DNA of 64,000 nucleotides from Dipteris shenzhenensis (lineage: Eukaryota): assembly GCA_047967505.1 (NCBI GenBank), contig CM106538.1; one strand, given 5' to 3'. How positions within the stretch are numbered: position 1 is the first letter of the stretch; each line of letters starts with the position of its first letter. Below are positions 1 to 14,329 of this stretch, in pieces. Under the pieces are notes generated by a model. The model was not told the origin of the DNA. It searched no databases and saw only the letters and a list, made by a program, of their open reading frames with translations. The position numbers and the translations under genes were made by a program.

Positions 1-91
1 TGCAAACTCATGTTTGACCCAATGCCCGCTACCCCAGGTACCTACACACAACCAAAAGTTTTTGAACATGCAAGAGAATAGGAATGCTAGG

Positions 92-465
92 CACGGGCTC
101 CTACGTCATCTACAGACACGGGCTCCTACGTCATCTACAGACTTGCATCAAAACAATAGATCACAGTGCATGTCAACGATGGTCCTCTTACCGGCTTGCA
201 AACAATTGACAATAAGTTTCAAACAACAACAAAGCCAACACCCCAATCACATAATATCCAATACAATTTCTTGAAAAAATTATCCAACTAAATCCAAAAA
301 GCACTAGCACATGCAACTTTATTCCACATAATCGGTGGTTTCACAAGGCAACCATAATCGACATTAACATCCCAATCCAATTTCTTGAAAAAAAAATCCA
401 AGGAAATAGAAAAAGCGTTTGCGCATGCAACTTTATTCCACATAATCGATGGTTTCACAAGGCAA
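92..465. repeat. Short tandem duplications (26-bp pair at about 92-142; about 110-bp pair at about 250-465)
   Basis: cacgggctcctacgtcatctacaga occurs twice in tandem. The block caatttcttgaaaaaa...catgcaactttattccacataatcg.tggtttcacaaggcaac also occurs twice. Confidence 0.8.
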
Positions 466-3400
466 CTATATTCAACCTGAATACCCTCCTCTAAGCAATT
501 AACTGAGCATGCATTCTATTGCCAGAGCTATAGAACACGTGTGGAGAATGTTCCATGTGCTTGGCAAGGGAGTGTGTGGTTTGGCATTAAATATTTGAGG
601 GCCTTCTATGTGCCAAGGTTGGTGCACAATAGGGGAGACTTGAGGAGCACACCATTGCAATAAGGAGCACACAATTGCAATAGCACACTCATTTTCAAGT
701 CAATCAACACAATTGCAATAGCACACTCATTTTCATTCAAGTCAATCAACACAAAGCAATGGGGGTGACAACTAATGCTTAATCATGCCTTGTGGTGCCT
801 TGTACCTACAAAACCCTTCGTATTCACACAAGTTAGAGGGAATCAAATCTCTGTGGTAAAGTTGTGTTGGGAGATGTTAGGAATTCATTCTAAAATGGCT
901 TCTTATGGGGCATGGGGCTCAAGATTTGGGAGCAATTGAGTTGGGTGACGAGCATTGGATGCATTTAGCTGGTCTTGATTGAGTCTAATCACATCAATTC
1001 TATTTGGTGAGTTTGCATACATCCACTTCTCATCACTCTCTCCAACCAAGTGTATTGTATGGCCCACGTTCATGCTAATATACATCTAGATGAATCCAAG
1101 CACATGCACAAATTCATCCTCTAAAAACACAACACCTAGTGAAGTATGAGGGTCATGCTCATGCTAAAAGCTCACCTATTTGTTGTTGTAGGCATCAAAG
1201 ACTAGAAGCGATAAACTTTGAAGTTGGTACTTAAGGCACTCTAAAAATCCCCATTGACATTCATATATCAATTTTCAATGAAGATGCCCACTCTTTGGCT
1301 CTTCAAATTTGGCCCCTTCTCTCGAATGCCAAGTTTCTCATAACCATTGCTACTATGCACACATTATCATACAATTTCCAAACAATCTCAACCCACCCTT
1401 TTGGCATCAAACAAAATCAGCCTCAACACATTCAACCATCACATTGCGGAGTGCCCACACAAAGGCAAAGATGGCAGAGTTGGCATGCATGCTCAACAAA
1501 TGATGTCACCCTCTCAGGCTACCATGAAATAGAGTGCAACTGCAGAGGTTATGGGCCATGCAAAAAATGGGGTGCCCTTAGGAGAGCGCTCAAGGCATGA
1601 CCACTTTTGCCTTCAATGCCTATAACAAAGTCCCAGAATTTTGTTATGCAACAAACCAACCCTGTAGTTGGCCTTGCAATGCTGCAACTGAAAGTTGACA
1701 CAACACCGCTCTTTTAGCAACATTTAGAGCTCACTTCAGGTTGGCTAGCCTAAGCAATGCATTTGTGCTCGAAACCTCTTCACCAAGACACAATTACCCA
1801 CTCTTAAACATATAGAAGACAAGGCTGCAAATAGGTAAAAGATACACGCATGCACGTGTAACAGCCGAGTGGATAACACCAGTCTAAGCTATGTCAATGC
1901 AAAAGCACTTGCTTTGCCTAGTTACTACATCAGGGACAATACAAGCAGGCACATGTAAAAGCTGAGCGGATAGCTACGCTAAACTATGTCAACGAAAAAG
2001 AATTTGCTACTTCAGGGGCAATGCAAAACTGTAGATGACAGTGCAACTTTCTCCAATGCTAACAAAGGCATGGCTAACTGGGCAATTTTTCTCAACAGGC
2101 ATAGAACATTTCCAGAGCTCCCAAGAATGGTGTCCAGGAGTAACAACCGCCATGCTAAGCTGGGAGAGGGTGACAGACACACTCGCCTCAGAGGCACTCT
2201 TCATCTCCTTGGAACATCATTTCCAAGCTGCTAGGACCAGGTGGTAGACTCTAGATACAAAACCTATCGCAAGCATCGTATCTGGAGCCTTTCGTGCAGC
2301 TTGTTCTAAAAGCATGTTCACTTTTGGATACAGAAGCTTTGGCATTAGACCCTTCAAACCAGAGCAATTTGGAAAAGTGGGTTGGGAAGACAGGCACCAG
2401 CCACACCGGAGAATAGCAGGCTTGGAGAGAGCTGTGGCAAAGGAGCTGATTTCGCTCAGAGCAAGAGCAACAATACAAAAAGAGGGCACACCACACTGCT
2501 ATCCTTCCGAGTGCTAAGAAGCTTTGCTTAAGAGACAAGACGGGCGGAGAAAGAGGTGGAGGTTGCTCTTGATGATCGAGCATCCTACATATTTAATGGC
2601 GCTACCACTGCATTGTCTAACTGGAACAAACCGGAGGAATTTGATTTCGAGGAAGCAAAAACTCGACAATTGAGGTGCATCCGCTGATCTCTGTCAGTCC
2701 ACTCTGCGGTGGTACCAGAGATCGCCGAATACAAGCGAGCGTCTTCCTCTAGCATTATCGTAGTCCCACCACTTGATGACCTGACCAATGAGGCTTTGAA
2801 GAAGAGAATGGACTATTGTATCTTAAGGGAGACTGCCCGAATACGAAACTAGTCGCTAACGGCCACGGGTGGAGCCAACGTCTGAAAGGACGGGCTTTGG
2901 AAGCTTTTATCGATCATCAGGAGACAGTTTACAATTCACGAGAGGACATAGTGTTCTTGTCATGTAAATGGTGTATAAGCGAGGCTAGTCTAGGGAGTGA
3001 AACGCAAACTCCCAAAGGGGTGCGCGTATATTAAAAAGAACTAGCACCTTTTAAAGCCTTCTTAATTTTGATATAAAGACGTGAGCTGTGCAGACTCCAC
3101 TGCTCTACAATGAGACAAGTTTGTTACAGATTGTTATATGGATGCCGTGTTTGTAGTTTAAGAGCAATAAGAATCATAGTTCTAATAGTCTGTTGGGACC
3201 AGTGCAATTCTGTCGTTGAACGTCTTTGAATCAAATCTAATGATTTCTAGTGATTCGGTCACTCATCTACTGGCGGACCTCTCTTCTACATATAACAGAG
3301 GCGCTCTTTCTTTTTTCGTTTGACAGCACGATGTGCCTTGCAAAAGAGCAAGAGGGCACTAAAACAGCGTCTAACTTCATACGCATAACTTCAAATAAGG

Positions 3401-4037
3401 TCTTTCCGGTTGCGTTGCAAGGTCCTAAAGAAGTATTTATATACAGGCGCACACAGGAAGAAGACAAACTCCTTGAGCCACTGAGACATATTGTCGTTGA
3501 ACCTACAGGTCAGTAGTAGAGCAAGAGAGGATCAATCTGCTTAGTCCTTGGATATGAAGAACACTACTCTCAAGGAGATGTGAAAGAACTCTACACTACG
3601 TCCAGTTTGCTAGGTCTGATATACTGATCATCTGTAGTAGACTCACTCATGAAGTGATCATTCAGAACTCATGTGAATTGTAGAAGGACCCAGTTCTTGA
3701 CCTTAGGGATAAGTTTGCTGATGCTGCTTCTATCATGATTGAGAGGCTGGTGCACTTGTTTGCATGTGTCATGTGACCTCATTAATGTGCTCCAGAACTA
3801 AGGGTTCTTATGTCTTATTTGAGCCATTTCATCAACATAATCTTTGAAAAAAAATGGCACATGACTTCAGCATCTACCTTTCTCAAATGCCAAGAGCATT
3901 AATGGAAGGTTTAGATGTTCCCGCTTACACTTATGAGTAACCAAAAAATGACACGTGACTTCAGATGCAAGATAGTATCTACCTGTCTCAAAATAATCTT
4001 ACATGATAAGTCGTATAGACGAAAAGTATATGCCACC

Positions 4038-6785
4038 TCACTTAAAACACTTAGCTTCCAGTAATTTTTCACCCTCAATATAATCAGGTTCTTCAAAGTA
4101 GGCATTCACTCTCTCTTTTTGGACTTCGTCTTCAAGATCAACCTTCGTCCAGTCATACAGCTCTGCATCATAGCATTCCTCCAATACCATCTTCGGAATT
4201 TCTAGCCCTCGAAAGAGCCAAACACCCTTTATCTTGAAGGGGGCAGCTTCGCCCAAAATGCAAAGCTTGGCAAATGCATACTTTCGGGCAAGATCCATTC
4301 GCTGTAAAAATCCACTTACCTTGTTCATAGTCACAAAAGTCACAGTGTTTTCATCATTGTACTTGTAGTCACAAAACCAGAGAGAATACCCTTCGGGATC
4401 AAACTTCTCCCAAAATCCTGTACGCATAAGTAAAATGTTTAAAATGAACGCAGGCAAAAGCTATCAACCAATGCAGTAAAAGCTATTGACTTTCAGCCAA
4501 TACCAACCAACTTAAAATCCCAAATTCTTTTGCACTATTTACCTTACATAGAACATTAGTCTATTCAAAGGATTCATACCTTTAATTGCAACGTCACGGA
4601 AGTCCTTTGCCTTAGTGTTGGAGTAAAGCCGCTTCCAATCATCAAGAACCATGGGGCTTGGAGGCAAGAGATCCAACTCATTTTTAGGCTTGGGCTTGGG
4701 CTTCTCATCTTCTTCCTCATCCAAAACTGCAGGTTGTTCCTTTGGTTTTGCTGGAGCTTCCTTGGCCTTCTTCTCATGAGGCTCAGGCGTTGCTTTCTTG
4801 ACAGGATTACCCTGTTTCTTACTAGGTGGGCTGGGAGCCTTCTCCACAAGTTTCACATCTCCAAAGTATTTCTTAAAATTTGGCTGATTTGCCATTGTCC
4901 AGAAGTATCTTTCAAGATGAGGGAACTCAGAGAGAAATTCCTTGGTAAATAAGCTCCTGAAACCGGGGAGTAGATTGCAGGCCATAATAATGTCAGCAAG
5001 TGTCAGAGTATGCCCAACCAAATATGTGTTGCAGGCAAAGTGATTGTTCAACACTCCAAAGACCGTTTTCAATCCTTTGCAGGATGATTCTACCACCTGC
5101 AATAGAAACGTAATCAGGATCCTGCAAAAAACCTTCTCAAACATAGAAGAATGCAGGCAGATGAAACAAAGCCAACCTTCGGCACTATGCAATATATCTT
5201 ATTATTGATAGGTGAATCGAACTTGTGGTGCTTGAATGAAGATGATAAAAATTAGCATTTCATGTCTATCAGACCTCACCTCTGCTATATATGGATGATA
5301 ACCCAATAGGGGGTACAACCATCTACTCTGAAGCACATCCACTTCAGTGGCGGCAACATCAATCCACTGCTCAATGAGCGCCTGATTCAAATTCAATGAA
5401 ACAAAGATGATTGAAGAGCACTCAAACACTGCAACAAAACCCATACAATAAATATGGACCCTTCGAGCCCGGCACTGCGTATAAGCCCCCCAAAACACAC
5501 GTCACACATACAACAGGAAAATCCCATGCTGTCAACCATTCCCACATTGGTCATAGCGTTTGCATGTCTACACTGACCCAAAAAAAAAAACCTCCAATAT
5601 ACCCGCTGGGTAGAGAAAAGCATCATACCCCTTCATACAAAGAACTGCCAAGCAGTGGAGATTCCTCACTCAGTCTAGCAACTGTTAATACACCAGTTTC
5701 ACCAAAATTAAGATCCATAAAAAATTCCCATAAAAAATTGGCCAATCTAACAAGCTTAGTTGTAACCCTGAACATGACATAGAAAGAGTGTATTCATTGC
5801 ATCTTACTGTATCGGGCAATAGCATTGCTTTCAAACACAGGACCATCAGGCGTTTCCAAAATAGGTACCTGCAATTATATGTCTGTCAAGTGTAGCATCA
5901 AAAACCAAACCTTAGACGACACTGCAATCATCAAATATCACTCACATATCATACCTTTCCAAAGGGATTCAACTTCAAAAACTCAGGAGTTTCATTTGTG
6001 ACTCCAAATTCAAATTTTGCACATTCTATCTTTATGCCGCCATACTCAGCAACAATGAGAGCCTTGTATCCATTCTTATTGTTGTCTCCAGAGTACAACA
6101 GCTGCAAAAATATAATACATAGTGACCTATTACTCAGCAAATTAAAGCTATCTTTAATGAAAGTACAAGAGAAAAGAAATTCCTTCAACATTATTATTAA
6201 GAATGTGGGCAAGGCATATAAGATGTGCAAGGCTACCGAATGCCAGGCTAAAACAGACATATATCTAGATGAATCTAGGAACATGCCCAAACTCATCTTC
6301 ACATAGTGCAGTTTCAATCTCATGAGAGTCACAAGGTTGAATACCAGGCTATAACAGAAATAGCTGTTTTCCTCTCTGCAGGGCATGGCTGACAGATCTA
6401 AAGTTCCCATATCCATACTAGAGCTTGGCTAAAAGTAGCAAACACCTACAAGTGACCCTTTTTCCATCTGCTTCAAGCACAGTGGTGGCCTAATAGACCC
6501 AGGAATGGGACCATGATACCATTCCGTGAAAGGTGTCGGATCAAGCGGGCTCAAAAATCGGGAGAGTTTCTGGGGATACCACACCGAGCATGGCGTACAT
6601 TGAATCCAGTCGCCCAAAGACCCTTTCTGTCAAATCGTGCAGAAATCCAGCGTCCCCAAGGGTACCGACACTAGGCACTGCTATATATCACGGGCCAAGA
6701 ATACGACGATGGTCTAATACCGTGGGAGATGGAGCTTAAAAACACAGAAACGTAGAGATGAGAGAAAGCAACTTACGAGGGCCAT
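4038..6785 (-). CDS. eEF1Bgamma: Translation elongation factor 1B gamma (GST-N, GST-C, K/E-rich linker, EF1G C-terminal domain); 7 exons: 6785-6777, 6101-5955, 5868-5808, 5681-5629, 5381-5280, 5096-4580, 4417-4038; 422 aa
   Basis: All six introns are GT..AG and the exons join in frame (1269 nt). Spliced protein reads MAL|LLYSGDNNKNGYKALIVAEYGG...TPEFLKLNPFGK|VPILETPDGPVFESNAIARY|IARL...IEQWID...YLVGHTLTLADI...FPHLERYFWT...LDLLPPSPMVLDDWKRLYSNTK...GFWEKFDPEGYSLWFCDYKYNDEN...GFLQRMDLARKYAF...LLEAKCFK*, which is typical of plant eEF1B-gamma. Confidence 0.97.
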
Positions 6786-8696
6786 GACGATTGGAAACGG
6801 GAGACGCGATGTGGAAGCTACGATGGCAGCGCCGCTACGAGAGCGAAGCCCTTATTAGAGCTCCTCTAGGTCTCAAAGAAACCTATACCCTCTAGAGGCT
6901 TTAATAGTCGCACTGGCTCTCCTAGTGCTGGCAATATTTTGGGATTTTTTTTTAAGCACTGCCTTCTAAGCAGCGGCGCTATAGTTAAACACGAGTAGCC
7001 TGACCCGTCTACGACGGGTTGGAGACCCGCTCTGTTGGGTCTCAAGGTGGGATCTTTAATTTCAAAAGAGAAATTCTGAAGTTCCAACACTGGAACCGCT
7101 TGGCTTGGCTCACTCAGTGCAATTTTGTCCAACAGCTTTCCTAAAACCCCCTCTCTGCTTTCATACATAAAATTTTGCAAGATTACGTGCATAAAATTCA
7201 TGAATTTGTTTGAATTAAACATGTTTGTATGCATATCCCCTCTCTGCTTTCATACATGGAATTTTGCAAGATTACGTGCGTAATGCATTGTATGCCAATG
7301 TAGTGCTAGATTGTAACACAATCAATCTTGGTCTATGGGGATACATTAGTTTGAGTATAAATAAATAGAATTCATGAATTTTTTTTAAATAAACATGTTT
7401 GAGTATAAATAAATAGAATTTATGAATTTGTTTGAGTATAAACGTATATGTGCATGCTTCAATAAATACAACAAAAGAAGATTTACTTAAAATTAGCATA
7501 CCTAACAAAATACACACTCTATAAAAGAGTACTACAAAATTCATATATCTACATACAGAGTGTCTATATCAGCTCCCCTAAGAAAACAGACTACGTCTAT
7601 GTCCCACCCCACGCACCACCACACGCACGCGGCATCGACCTATGCAAGGCAAAAAGATCATTTAAGAATTATAATCATTAAATCAAGGAAAATTTAGAAT
7701 TGTGTCTTAATAATACTCAACACATTGATTAGAATGCTTACGTTGGCGCATAGGAGTGTGTATGTGGTACATAAATGCATATACAAAGTCTCCGTTCGCC
7801 CCTTAATAAAATACATCTATTCCCATCGGCTCCAGGTACCCAATGAAGCACACATAGATGGTTTGGGGACTATTATTCCCAGCAAGACGCTGAGAACTCA
7901 CGGCAAAATATCCAAGATTGAGACGTTCCACCCCATCATATGCTGGACCGAGGAGATTCATTGCAAAATTTGAGTCGGGAACCGCCCTAAAGGAAATTAA
8001 TATCATGTTTATTCACTTATATATGTAACCTAAGTAGCTTTCACCTATATGATTATATATATATATATATAGGTTATCTACCCAATAAAGCTCTCCAACT
8101 CCAAGATGTCAACCAATAGCTGGGTGTGCACCCCAGCTCTCCAACCATCGGGATCTGTATATTCCTAAAGGTAAATGACTATACTATTAAATAAGTCAAC
8201 TTAGCAACTGACTACTATACAATTATGTACCTGCTACGCGTACAGTTGTCTCGGTGGTGAATGTAAATGACGCTGCCATCCTATCATATCATATTACAAT
8301 AACAATACATATCATATTACAGTAACAATAGATGTGTCAACGTATATATAGAGAAGAAATTAAAAGGCTTTACCAAGCCACAAATTAAAAAGAACATTAG
8401 TTATAGTACATTTGATAATCCATAATTTGAAGAAAAAATAACAATGTGTGAACCCATAAAACTCACAAAAATCATACATTGTCAAAATTCTAGAGACGAC
8501 ATTGTTTGAATGGAATATGGAATGAGCTCATGAAAATTATACAAAAATAGTCATCACCAATTTTTAATCCACACTTCAAAGGCTTACAATTGATAGACCT
8601 TTGATCGCCTAAAAGAACACAATGATATAAAAAAGACTGTGAAAATTTGTCACCCACCAAAGTCTGAAGAGGCTTTCAAAGAGCATTGGCATACTG

Positions 8697-11600
8697 CTAG
8701 GTTCTTCTTAATGCCAATTGTAAAACCTCTTTGTATACAACATTTGCGGTACAACTCATTTCAGCATCCTCATCACTAACCTGATCCACACTCTCTGGAA
8801 GGAATACTTTGACTGCATTTGATGATCGGACACGCAAGAAAGCCACGTATAATTGCCCGTGACTAAACACCGGTGTCGCCAAGTATAAGCCTAGGATAGA
8901 CATTGTTTGGCCCTGTGCCTTGTTTATTGTCATGCCAAATGCTAGCCGAACAGGAAATTGCTGGCACAATGTAGAATTGACAATATCTTCTCTATAATTC
9001 GCAAGACCTGCCTAAAATCCCCCCCTAACAACACCACCTTTCCACCAAATAGTTGGTCATTTGACATGATATCTTGCAGCATCCTATCCAGTGCCTCAAA
9101 TGCGAATCGATGAGTCATATGTGCCTCATCCCATATTATCAACTTTGCTATCTTCAGAACATCTACAAGATGACTGTTAACCTTTATATTGCAACTGCTG
9201 GTGGCATCCAAATCCAGTGGTATCTTGAACCGCGAGTGTGCTGTGCGTCTATTACTTAGTAACAACACTGCAATCCCAGAAGAAGCGCATGCTAAAGCGA
9301 CATGCCCCTCCCCACGCAACCTAGAAAGCAAACAATTGTATAGGAAAGTCTTTCCAGATCCTCCTGGACCATCAAGAAAAAACATCGCACCAATATTTGC
9401 ATAGACCGCTGTCAGAATCTAATCGAAGGCAGTCTGTTGACAATGATTTAAGGTACTTTCCATCTGTTGACCAAGTCGTGCCTCACTCTCAAAATCAAAC
9501 ATTCTTTCTTCTTGCAATAGAGCATTTGTAGCTGCTAATACACATGATCTATCCAAGGTAGGCAATCCATCAAACTCTACCAACCTTCTCCCATGTTGTT
9601 GGAGAATATGCTCCAAGTGCCATAGAGCCTCCTTCCGTGCCAATCCATGACGGTCAACCATACTTGATTCAAATGCATGGAAGAAATCATCCGATAGATC
9701 GTCTGAGAATCTTTCCCACAAAATTCCTGGAGATGTTGGCTCACAAAAAATCAAAATTGCAACAAAAAGGTGCCTCAACTGTGTGCTATTTTGATGTAAA
9801 ACGGCCTCTTGCATGCAGATAAACCATTCCTCATCACTTTCCAATAACCCTCTAGCTATACATGTTGCCTTGAAAGTAGGGTAAACTTGCCCATCAAAAG
9901 TGCGCAAGTCATCAAAACACTTACAACCTGTGCAAACGTTAAGTAGCATATGCATGAAATATAATTCACCAGCAGATGGAGAAATGTTATACATCCGACC
10001 AATGCTATTACCCTGCCTTCTTCTAGACCACTTTTTATTGGATTTGTTCCAAACCATCTCGCATGGAAAGTCACTGTAAAGCAAATTATCTGCATCATGT
10101 TGCAATCGGTTGTAAGTGAACCATTCCGTGAGGCTGGTCTTTCTGTTGTGTTCACCCTCTTTCACCCGTATCTTTCTACCATTATCTCGATGCATGTAGA
10201 TAAGGTAACCATCATTACCCACCACAGTAGACTGAGAGAAGGGACGCGGATAGTGACGACTACATTTGCCATCAAACATGCAAGGAGCAGAGACATTAAG
10301 TACACCACATGGGCCATGAACATTGCATTGTGCAATAATCTCATGCAACTGATCATAGTGACCAACCTGAGTAGGCTTGAATGCACCTTCCAAAATCAAT
10401 AGTATGTGTGAGTGCGGAAGACCTCTCTTTTGAAACTCGATCACACATACATACCCAGCAACTTTTCCAAACAAATCATGCTTTATAATCGACTGCATCA
10501 GATCCTTATGTTTTTGATAAAATACATGGGTTGTCAAATCCGGGCAATCTTGTGCTCTTTGACTTCGCAACAATCCTTCAGATATTTCTGACCATTTTGG
10601 GTTGCAGGTGAAGGTAATAAACAAATCTTGTTTACCCTTTTTTCTCACAATTGCCATTGCATCCTGGTATAACTGGCACATATACCGTGGTCCTCCTATA
10701 AAAGAGGATGGCAACACAACTCTACACCTGACAGTGTTGCCCAGTACATTATGGACCGCATCAGTTGCATTTAGCATGTCCATCAATCCTTGATAAACTT
10801 CTGCACGTAAAGAAGATTGATTGTTGCGTATCCACACCAATCTGGACTCTTCCATACTACTATATGCATCAACAATATATTGTTGCAATAATCTCCCCCC
10901 TTGTAGAAGGCACGCACTTGTATCAAGCCTTACCTGCAGACGGTACACATAATACTATCTCTGTGTCACACAATTTTTCCTTTGTACATCATGTAATGAT
11001 ATGTGAGTAGGAACATCTCTATAAATGCCATCCATCCTCCCCTCGGGGAAATAGAAGAACATACATGAGAGACATGTATGATCGATGCAAATTTGATATT
11101 CTGGTTATCAATCCATTACGTCTTAAAGACTGGATGTCTCGATTCCCAACATCAGAATCATCCCCTTGCCCTGGCATGATAGCGGCAACCTGGCTAGCTA
11201 TTGGGACCAAGTACTGTCTTGAGGTTGACCGGCTCTCACAAATTACCATCTTCAAGTTTGCATGTGAATTTCTTCTCAATACTTCCCCCACAGCAACCCG
11301 TGCATTGGCATATGGATTGCATTCATGCATCATCCTTTGCAACAATTCCAAAATGCCAAGATTCAAACCAAGCATCCCATCCAAACGGTTTTGCAACTCA
11401 TGATCTGTATCATGGACATATAATTGTGCAAACCGTGGAAGCTCCTATCTAGACTCATCAGGTAGCAAACTCCCGACACGATGGTACACTGTGCCGTGAA
11501 TCCGAAAATTATGTATACCCCTATTCCCAGAAAACATTTGATCAACTTGGGCTCCCAATGAGGCAAACGCCATGACACTATTATAGGCTCTTACATTATC

Positions 11601-12494
11601 CTTAAATGATCTGCTTCTAGCGTCACTTCCATGAAGTAGAACTTTTAAAATCTCTGGTGGATCTTCCAATGGCAACAATGACACATGGCCAACTTTACAA
11701 CAATACTTTCCCACAACCCGATGCATACTTCTGGTCTCTTGCTTCCACAATTGAGCATGACAAAAACTGCATATGCAATCCATACCTCCAAGTGAATGAA
11801 CAACAGGACTATTGGAAACCAATGGATACAAAGATGGGTGCCCTATGTCATTTCTTAATGGAAATCGATGCAGGATAGATAGGATCCCCCTAGACCCTAA
11901 ACATGCATTCCTATTGCTGCCAACAACATGCTCTCGTGCCCTTGACTGCCCATAATCTCTAACTGCATCCAATTGAATTGTTGTACCTATTACTGGAGCA
12001 TCTATTGTATTTATTCCCCCAACAACACAATGCTGCACAGTCGGTGCACCATCGGGGGAAAAAGTAGATTCTGCTGGCTCTAGAAAGTGAGAATCCATGC
12101 TTGCATGTGGCTGCACTCTCACACTTCTAATTGCAGTACAAAAAACATTCCCTTCTCTAAGACTATCAGCAAACTCCATACTCATACATTCCATAGTTGT
12201 ACCCGTACCTTGCTTTTTGAGCATTGTTCTCTGCCTAGCAACATTGCGACGTGCCTTACGTGTTGAACGCAATAAACTTCTCTTATCAAGAGAAGTTAAA
12301 TTATCTACATTCCATTGTACATCATTATATCCCTGCATTTGATTATGTTGTCTGCAATGAACAACCTCTACAATTGGCTCCATGTGTCTAAAACCTTGTT
12401 TTTTCAACATTGTTCTCTGTCTGGCAATACTGTGACGTGTCGTGCGTGTTGAATCCCATAATTTTCTCCTATGACAACTTGTTTCTTTTGTCAT
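8697..12494 (-). mobile_element. Canonical plant Helitron RepHel pseudogene (Zn finger, HUH Rep, PIF1 helicase), frameshifted and internally deleted
   Basis: Consecutive minus-strand ORFs 11445-12494, 11019-11396, 9419-10948, 8942-9385 and 8697-8969 carry [91 protein letters not shown] and FSHGQLYVA. The termini were not located. Confidence 0.95.
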
Positions 12495-12528
12495 TGTCTG
12501 TTTATGAACACAACTATATATATCTTAT

Positions 12529-12570
<42 letters not shown>

Positions 12571-14329
12571 AGGTTTGGGATTTATGGCATATAAGGCAAA
12601 GGATTAAATTGTCAATCAAATAAATGGAGTGTACATGGACTCATTTGGTAGAAGTAATGATGCATGCCAAATGGAGTCAACTAATAGAAATATTCATGCA
12701 TGCTAAATGGAATGCTTGACAATGCAAAATGCAAAAATAGCCTATAACTTCCTATTGTAATTTCGTAGCATGAAGCTTTCACCTTTTCGCTTAAGATATG
12801 CATCCATGAAACATATGTAGGTGTAAATGCTTTGTGGGTATGAGTGCATGCACATGAGTGCATAATTGCATGCATATATGTGTAAATTCATGCAAACATA
12901 TGTATGGAAAGACTCAATGCCATGTATGTAGATGCAACCTAAAGAATATGATGATCAGACATTCTTGTAACATGTATTCTAGTAAATACAAAGAGATTGG
13001 GAACTAAGATGAACAACATAAGGGTGTGAGTACATGAACATGAGCGATATATGTAGGTAAGTTGTGTGTATGTATGTATCTACATGCATGACATATGCTA
13101 ATATCATAATTAAATATGTACTCAAAAAGAGAGTGCATTAAATAAATGTATCTGAAGGACTTAGGATCATTCAAGGTTACTCACATATATTTCACTCATC
13201 GAACTTTCTTCCTTGCCTTCCATGACATATAACGATACTCCATCAATTGTAGCTCACAGATATCCATGTATTTCTATTTACATTAATTTGACTTACATTG
13301 CCACATATATCAAATAAAGATAAGAAAGCTAAAAAAAATTTATTATTGCAATTGAAAACCAAATACAGAAGTTTTGTGTCATAGGCACAAAAGGCTATCC
13401 TACTAAATAACTTAAGATTGACCCCAGTATGCAAATAACATAGAAGAACTTTGCGATCCCAAAACCATCTCAATTTTCATGAGCTGTAATGCACTCCAAC
13501 TTACGGCTCATCCTTGTCATCAAGGCTGTTAGCCTCTTCAAACCAATTTTGAATGTTGACACCTCGGTGCACAACAGATCAACTTGCTCTTTTAGCTTGT
13601 CAACTTGCAACCTACATCCTCTATCACATACTACTGAGCCTTCTTCACCCCCCCTAAAAGTTGTCATACATACCGGTTCGTGTCATTTACATTATTCTCA
13701 ATATGAGCACTCCTCTCAATGAGAGTTTCAGAGGATGCACCCCTACCCTCTGTTACGACTCCATCATTTTCAGGATGGACTTCTCTCCATAAGGATGTTA
13801 GATATCTTGTATTCATAGCATTCACATCACCATTATGCTCACATACATTTTGAATGGACTTCAAAGGACACATAATAGAGAGACCATATTGCCTTGAAGA
13901 TGACAGACACTTCCTTGCATACTTTGTTGCACGGGTGGAAGGTCCCTCCCCTCTAAGACGTTTCATTATAGCAAAAGTGCGATGTTCATGGATGGATGTA
14001 ACAGTAACACCATTTTGTTTGGTGAAGCACTTAGCTGTCTAATTTGTCCCACCAGTGGAAGCCCTCGCTCTTGCCGCTCGTTTCATTGCACGAAGGCTTC
14101 ATCGTTCACGAAAAGATGACATGACAATGTCAGAAATCGTAGAACTCTCTGCCCTTGCAACTTGTTGCATTGCACACACACTTTGTCGTTCACAAAAAAA
14201 CGACACCACAATGCCAGAAATTTCCTCTTCAATGCGGGGAACAATGGAAGAAGTCATCCTTGCAATTTTAGGGATGTATATTGACTCAGTTGTCAAACTG
14301 CATTAGACTCAAGGCTTTAAAGATTGAGA

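Noticed and set aside
7284-7310. Hairpin plus CTAG as the Helitron 3' end
   Set aside because: It is on the wrong strand for the minus-strand Helitron, the stem is weak, and it is followed by A rather than T.
13470-14300. Minus-strand ORF fragments upstream of the Helitron
   Set aside because: No recognisable domain or reliable splice structure. They may be Helitron cargo, but this is unsupported.
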